DNA of 16,621 nucleotides from Paraspadella gotoi. Its lineage: Eukaryota; Animalia; Chaetognatha. The notes beneath the pieces are model-generated. The model saw nothing but the letters and a program-made list of their open reading frames with translations, searched no databases and was not told the origin of the DNA. This document shows, one piece after another, positions 9,818-16,621 of the stretch. Numbering within the stretch: position 1 is the first letter of the stretch; every line of letters starts with the position of its first letter. The DNA lies in contig JBJCIZ010001580.1 of the NCBI GenBank assembly GCA_051294375.1, forward strand, positions 1-16,621. Reading direction: 5' to 3'. A program made the position numbers and the translations under genes.

Positions 9818-10168
9818 TTCTCTCTCTCTGCTCTCCCTCTCTCTCTCTCCCTCTCTCTCTCTGCTCTTCTCCTCTCTCTCGCTCATTCTCTTCGCTCTAT
9901 CCTCTCTTCTCCTCCTCTCTCTCCTCTCTCTCTTCTCCTCTCTCTCTCTCTCTCTTCTCTCACATCCCTAATCTGCCTCTTCCCAGGCAAAAACCTCAAA
10001 GTTTCCGGCCTTTCATGGGATCAGCGATGTGGCGCGAGAGAAGAACAAGACGGCCGTGAGCGCCTGTGAGCCAGGGCCCATCACTTTTCCTGGCACGTGA
10101 ATTGAGGAGGGCGACGGCTCGCCGACAAGTTCGCGACCGACTACCTCAGGGAAGGATTCGCCGTCTGA
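8561..10168 (+). other. Mirror copy of gene A (second reading of the same sequence, not an independent gene)
   Basis: Same exons and splice sites in reverse complement, TGA at 10166-10168, many frameshifting indels. Confidence 0.8.
9784..9961. repeat. Imperfect (TC)n tract, mirror of 6633-6698
   Basis: Same flanks (gtaagt ... cacatccctaat) but about 178 nt long. Confidence 0.93.
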
Positions 10169-10759
10169 GTGCCGCCCTGCGCAGAGCTCTTTAGCTTTAG
10201 CAAAAGCGCTCTTAAAAAGGAGCGCTTTTTAAATAAACATGCTTTGTAGAAGAGCGCTTTTGTGGTAGCCATATTCAAGAGATCTTGGCGTGAAGAGCGC
10301 TGAGCTATTACGGCTAGGAACTTCTTTACGGAGCGCTTTTTTTAGAGGAAGCCTTTTGAGAATTCCCATGATCTCATTTGGCCCTTCGCACGCCTGATCG
10401 CACGCGCTCGCAGTGCATGCGTTTTCTCTTGATTACCAACTCTCAGACCTCCACGCGCATATTCAACGCCTTTAACATTGCCCCAACATATTCTCGAAGG
10501 CCCGCTCTCTTTCTCGCTCACCACCGTGAAGCAACACTAATTCTTCTTTTACAAATCAACTATACATACTAATTCTCTACACATCTCCAACCAGTCTCAA
10601 CACAAACTTCACCCTCAGCTCACAACTTCACGAAAACGCGCCAATCATTTTAATTTCCTCGCTGCGCTACAAATCCTCCTGCTCCAAAAAACTCGTTTCT
10701 CATCACTCTTTATTATTCTCTGCCCCTACCCCTCTCCTGACCAACGCCTGCAATTGACC

Positions 10760-13700
10760 ACTCCTCACCACAACCAACAGCCACACCACCACCACACGCA
10801 TCACTACACCACACCGATACGCGCCCAATGTCTCTCTCTTCCTCGAGACCGACCATGTCTTGACTTCCCTCACATAGAAGAACAAACCGTCATGACCATC
10901 ATCATCCCAGCTCGAATTAACATCCTACTAAACTGACACACACCAAAAATGGACTCAGGTTGCCCCTCGGCCCGCCCACTCGCCCCCACACGGCCTCCAC
11001 TCCGCGCCATCAACGCACGAGCACGAGCCGCACCACATCCAACACCGAACACGCGTGATCGAATTCCTCTATGCATTTCTTGCGGGGTAAAAATGTCATT
11101 CCTCAGTAAAGATATTTTATTTTCTACAGGAGATTCAACTTTCCGCACTACTCGTCTTCTATCTTAATTTCTCATTCTCCTCTCGCTTCGCTAATCGAGC
11201 TAACTCAAAACGGTGCTTTTCCTACCCTCACACACTTCGCTCTACACTTCTCTCCTTTCGAACCTATATCCCTTCTTTCTCTCTTCACATCCTCTAGAAT
11301 ATCCGACCACTTCTCGATTTCTCATCTTTCAGCCCACCACACTCCACATCGCGACAAACTCCGTTCTCAACCGACTGTCTCCGCAGGACCGCGATCTGCT
11401 ACCCATGGAATACCTAATGCGAGACCAAACACTCTACTCTCCGGCGTGCAACAAAGATAACAAACAACACAACCAAAACTTCCTGCCCGCACAAACTCCA
11501 CATCCACACACCCCAGAAAACTCACTCTCTCTACACAATCAAACTCTTTCTTCTCGCTTCTCCGCCTCTCGCAACCCTCCCGGCGCTCGCCAAACACACC
11601 CATACGCCAATTCGACAGAAATCGACACTTTTGACACGCACAGCGAAGATTTCGCACCAACAGATGCACGCCGGCACGGCATCTCTGCTGGTACACACAA
11701 TCTCACCACAACTACGGCCACTCTCAACACTGCACATACGCGCAACATGACACACACACACTGACACACCTCCGCCCATCTAACACGACACTACCTCCGG
11801 CCACAACACCTCGGCACCACACTACTAAACATCACGTGCCGATAAAGACACTCTCCTCTGGCCAACCCAAGGTGACGCCGCCTACACGCTCCTACCTCCT
11901 CAACCACCAGGACCACACGGCTCCCACCTCACCTCCCATAATACCGAGACAAATGGTAGTCCCTCACCCAATTCCCAATCTCCTCCTCCTCTAACCAGAC
12001 GCCCACTCACCACGACCAACCTCGGACCACACTACTTGCTTTGACTCACCCCACCACCTGTCCATCCAAACACGAGAAACAACGCGCACAACAGACTTCT
12101 CTGCAATCTCCCGACTCCGCCAAAAATCTCGTCCGCACACTTTTCGACTTCTCTCTGCCTATCTCACTTCTTCTTTTTCCTCCTTCTTCCTCCTTCCCAC
12201 TCACACCACTCCTTCTTACTTTTTCTTCACCACCCACACCCAACCCTCCTCTCCTCCTCTCATTCCTTCTCTCCTATCAAATTCCCGCGACTCTTCTCCC
12301 TACCCTACCACTCCTCCCCTCTGTCTCCTAAACTCAACTCTCCCCCTGTCTCTCTATTCCTACATCTTCTCTCCTTTCCACACTCATTCCCATTCTTTCA
12401 TCTCCATTCAAATCTCACGATTTCTTTACCGCTCGGCTCACACACCACTCTTCGCTTACCCTTACCCGAATCTCCAGGTCTCTTCTCCTACATAACCTTC
12501 TCCACACCCACTCCTCACACTCTCTCACACCTCTCATCCCTCCTCTCACCTCACTACTCTCACACTTCTCACCACCTCTCTCACCCTTCTTTCAAACTCA
12601 ACACTAACATACACTCTCTCACTCACAACTACACCGCACGCAGCAACCCGATGAAGAGCAGCAGCAAATACCCAACGGCCCCAGCGAAACTCACCACGAC
12701 CTTGACTCCACGCCTCCTCGCAAAGACCGAACACTCAAGCGACGACGACGGACTTTCTCAGACAAGTCGACTACGACCGGCGCCATGAGCAGGTTGCTCG
12801 CTGTCTCCGCTCATCTGCCTTCTCCTCCTCACCTCTGCCTTCCGTTACTGTCCACTCAGCTAATGCCGGTACCCTACATCACGAAGCCTTCACCACAGCT
12901 CTCCACATTGCTTTTCACCCCACTCACTTCCTTCTCCAAGAAACATCTTTTTCTTTCGGCACCAATACCTGGGCGAAACATACCGAAACCCACTTATTAG
13001 TATCACTACTGCCTTGCAAGAACTCGAAACTTCGTGGAGAATGTGCAACGAACCATGAATCCCCAATACCTCCTCAACCCCCGTGCGACCAGACAGCCCA
13101 AGAAACCGATCTTCGCCAAACCCGTGAATTCGCCGTCTTCTACTTTCGTCTTCTCGGTTCCCTTGCTTCTCTCTGTTTCTATCTTTAATACTGTTCTTCG
13201 CTCTCGTTTCGGCTACATTCTATCTTCTGTTTCCGTTCTGTTTCTTCTTTCCATTTTTTATACACATTGTTTTTATGCTCTTTTTCTTGTCCTCTCTCGT
13301 CACACCATATAAACTTATAAAATATTTGAATTTTCTTTTCTTTGGTTTTTTTTAATTTATCTCGCTACTTTAAATCCTTTTCAAACAACGATGTTCTTTA
13401 ATTTCCCTTCTCATTTCCACTTCACCTGTGCTTTTTTGCTTCTTCTTTCACCTTTTTTCTTTTTACCGTCAAACCTCATATTTTTATCGTCCCGGTTTTC
13501 TATTTTTCTTTTCCGATCTAATGAGTTTTTTCCTCTTCAATGCTTTTTTCTTTTGTTCTTTAATGTTTTTCTTCGAACCCAGAATCAGCTCATCCTCGAG
13601 GTTCATGAAGGCGGAGAGATTCTTGGAATCGATTATTCAAACGTCAATCCACCGTAGAAATCGAAAATAGAGAGAGAGAGATCGGCCCTCTCTCTCCCTC

Positions 13701-16621
13701 TCTCCTCTTCTAATCCTCCGCTCTCTCTATTTCTCGCATTCACCTTCGAGTCACCCGCACAAATTAAAATACGAGGCTCTTGTTTTCGCCCCGACCGCTC
13801 TCCTCTCTCCTCTCTCTCTCTCTCTCTTCTCTCGTTCTCTCTCTCTCCTCATCTCTTCCTCTCTTTCCTCCTCTCTCCTTCCTCTCTCTCACTCTGGCCA
13901 CACATCGCCCAACCGACCATCCTGACCCAAATGCGTCGAGGACAACCTCAAAACGCGTCGACGCTTTGACGATAAAAGCATTGCAGTGTTTAGCTATTGC
14001 GGCATCCAGTTTGATCAGACAACTACAGCGAACGATCGGGAGGGAGTTAAAGTGGCGTAAATTGCTAGGTCATACCTGAATTAAAAGAGATTCCGAACGA
14101 AACATATGCAGCCAGGAATTTAACCGCCGTTACTCCTATTCTTTGACGCTTTACTTTTTTGTCTTTTTTTTTTTTCCATTGCTTCAAAAATTCTTTCAGA
14201 TTTTTTCAATCAATCGATCAGTCCGGTCAATCAATAAAACTGAAATTGAACAATATGAAATCAATCATCTACCCTCCCAAACACCCTCTCTTCCAATCCC
14301 CCTCTCGTCTTCCCCCCCCCACTCATCCCCCCAAGCCCTCCGCGAGCCGGATCCCCCGCCGTCTTCCGCCAAAAATGATGTCGGCCTCCGACGCTCGATC
14401 CCGAGGGCGACGGCGCGCCTTCTCCCGATCGATTCAAACGCGCGCGCCGGACGCAGATCCTCCCTGGAAAACGCGGGAGGGCGGGCGCGAACCGCCGGCC
14501 GGGGGGGGGGGAATAACGGGGGCCGGCCAGGCGCGGTGGAGAGGCGGCGTCGACTCGGGCCGTCAGGACGTCTACAACGAGGAAGCAGTGGCCGACGGAA
14601 ACAAGGCTTTCGCCTCCGAGATGGAAAAGTTGATGAAAGAGGGCGGAATAATTGCTCTACGCGACGAATACACGCAGCCGAAGGTGTTTTTTGCATTTGA
14701 TTGATTGATCCGATTTGGTTTGATTGATTTATAACTGGATGATTTACTCGCTTTTGATGATTGATTCTTGTAAGAATGAGTGATTAAATTATTTTTTGTT
14801 CAAGTTAAATTTTATTAGATATGAATTATTCAGGTGCTTTCGTGAATTGATTAACTGAAATATTATATATTTATAGATTTATTGAATGCTTCGCGTAATT
14901 CTATTGATAACTTAACTTTGTCTATGCAAAAGCTTGTTCGATTTGAAAGGTTCATTTTCCCACCCCCTTACTCTTCTGTCCCCCTTCTAAGGACCCGCAA
15001 AGGAAATTCCTCCAACCCATCAAACTCAGCGCCCGCGACGCCTACGGCGACGACCTCTGCGGATTTACGCCGTGCCGCCGCCGAATGGTTACGAGGAGAG
15101 CCACGTGATCCGGAAATTCGACGAGCTCTCCAAGCGGCAGCTCGGAGAAGATGGCACTACATAGTTCGATCCGGAGACGGTCCAAGGTGGGAAGCTGAAC
15201 TCTATAGTTATTTTTAGTAATAGAAGAATTCGTTCTTGTTTTATATATAAACTAATAAATAAAAGATTTTTATTTTAAAATTTATATAATTTTTAAATTT
15301 AAAACCCTTTGATTTAAATGTTTAAACAACAAATAATAATTTAATAATTTTATGAAATTCATAATATACAATTTACTAAATCAAACTTTTTTAATATTAC
15401 AATTTTTAATTAATTTTTTTCCGTTTTTTTATTTTTTTACATACTTGATTTTTTATATTAATCTACTACAATATCTAAAATTAATTTCCGTAATATCTTC
15501 ACGTCTTCCAGAATCCCGACCGACAAGAGATGGATGGTGATGACAAGGCAACACGGTCACCGAATGGGACTTGGGATTGGGTCCGAGGAAAACATCAAAT
15601 ATCCTCGAAGTTTCCGAGGAAGAAGAATGCTGTCCAATTCCAGGTCTGGGTGGGAAATTAGTATATTGTGCAGGAGAAGTTCCAGTCTGCCACAATATTT
15701 TGTATTATATTTTATATAATATTTGTATATTAAAATTATGTATAAAGGCAACGACTGTGCCATTTAGCTAAGGAGCTTGTTTGTGAATATACATAGAGCG
15801 ATAAGGCTTAATGACTATCCCCAGTTCTTTAACCTCTCGAGCAGCCATGGGAACGGGTCCTGAGCTTGGTTTCCCCGCAGGGTCAAGGTCTGGGTTGGGA
15901 TTGAAGGTACGACTGAAGGTTGTCATGCTTACAGGAGGGGAGAAGTAAAAGTTTTTGGCTATTTGCCTCTATTCTCGAACCAATCAATTTACTGTCTTAG
16001 CAAGATAAACATTTCTCGTGCCACTTTTCAACACCCCTCAACAGCGCCCCAAAATCCGCGCGACCAGGATGGCTGGTTGCCAAAAGCATGGAGCACTACC
16101 GAGACAAAGACGGTCGACGATCAGCTTGCGCCGAACGGGATCAACCTACAGATATGGAGACAAGGGCGACCGAGGGTCCGTGAGTGGAAAGTCACGGTCA
16201 CCAAAAAACAAGAACCATCAAAAGAACAAAAAGACTAACAATGAACAAAAATAGACGACGATGACGACTGCATTGTAAACAGCTTCTCCTTTCTCCAGCA
16301 CGAATCGCACAAAGCGCTGGGCGAGATAGAGACAGAGTACAACGTCACCAAGCAAGCGCCCCGACCCGCCCGAGTCGGCCAACCTCGTGGCGGCAGAAGA
16401 GACAGGAGGAAGCAGCGCAGCCCAAACGGCACTCACCGCTGCCAAAACGAAGCGACGATTTAAGTGGACGAGTTTTTGGGAGGGAAGCTGTTTTGAAAAA
16501 TGGGAGACGAAGAGGAGAAAGGACGAACAGCGCGGCCAAGTTGGAGGATCGCTGGTGTCTTTAATCGACGGAGCGTTGGAGAGCATCATCCTAGAGAGCC
16601 GCTTGAAGAAGAAGTTTTGTA
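10760..16621 (+). other. Mirror copy of gene B, partly degraded
   Basis: ORF fragments match the left arm: DVYNEEAVADGNKAFASEME vs DVYTETQVAEGIKAFASEMK, and DNLTLSMQK in both arms. Confidence 0.8.

Larger units (their letters stand above)
8305..16621. repeat. Right arm of inverted repeat: noisy reverse-complement copy of ~280-8250
   Basis: Collinear reverse-complement similarity along its whole length, with many 1-3 nt indels and a strongly degraded stretch at ~10400-13000. Confidence 0.96.

Noticed and set aside
10342-13000. Numerous 60-183 aa ORFs (His/Thr/Pro-rich on +, Val/Cys/Gly-rich on -)
   Set aside because: They lie in the corrupted C-rich copy, where skewed composition removes stop codons, and they have no intact counterparts in the left arm.
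280-16621. Giant foldback transposon or virus with long terminal inverted repeats
   Set aside because: There is essentially no unique internal region and no recognisable transposase, polymerase or capsid sequence. The arms consist of ordinary spliced host-type genes.
8561-16621. Right arm as a diverged paralogous or pseudogene duplicate
   Set aside because: Introns and exons differ to a similar degree, differences are indel-dominated, and both arms carry frameshifts that the other lacks. This fits sequencing error better than evolutionary decay.

Overview
This is intron-rich eukaryotic DNA (AT-rich GT-AG introns with CTAAT-type branch points, GA/CT microsatellites), probably from a protist. 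The whole window is one giant foldback: about 280-8250 is repeated as its reverse complement at about 8305-16621, with the apex near 8280. The arms differ by dense indels, and their errors are complementary (one arm repairs frameshifts in the other). About 10400-13000 is a G-depleted, C-enriched degraded copy of about 4130-6200. The best explanation is a raw, noisy long read in which the template strand was followed by its complement (nanopore foldback/2D-type read), leaving only about 8.3 kb of unique sequence. That unique part holds two spliced genes on the minus strand. Gene A (about 8007->6431) has an unknown product and appears 5'-truncated at the apex. Gene B (about 5889->below 290, possibly two genes) has C2-domain-like motifs. 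A cluster of palindromic AGCGCT motifs lies between them. Most ORFs in the supplied track are spurious. I cannot support a novel biological system here.
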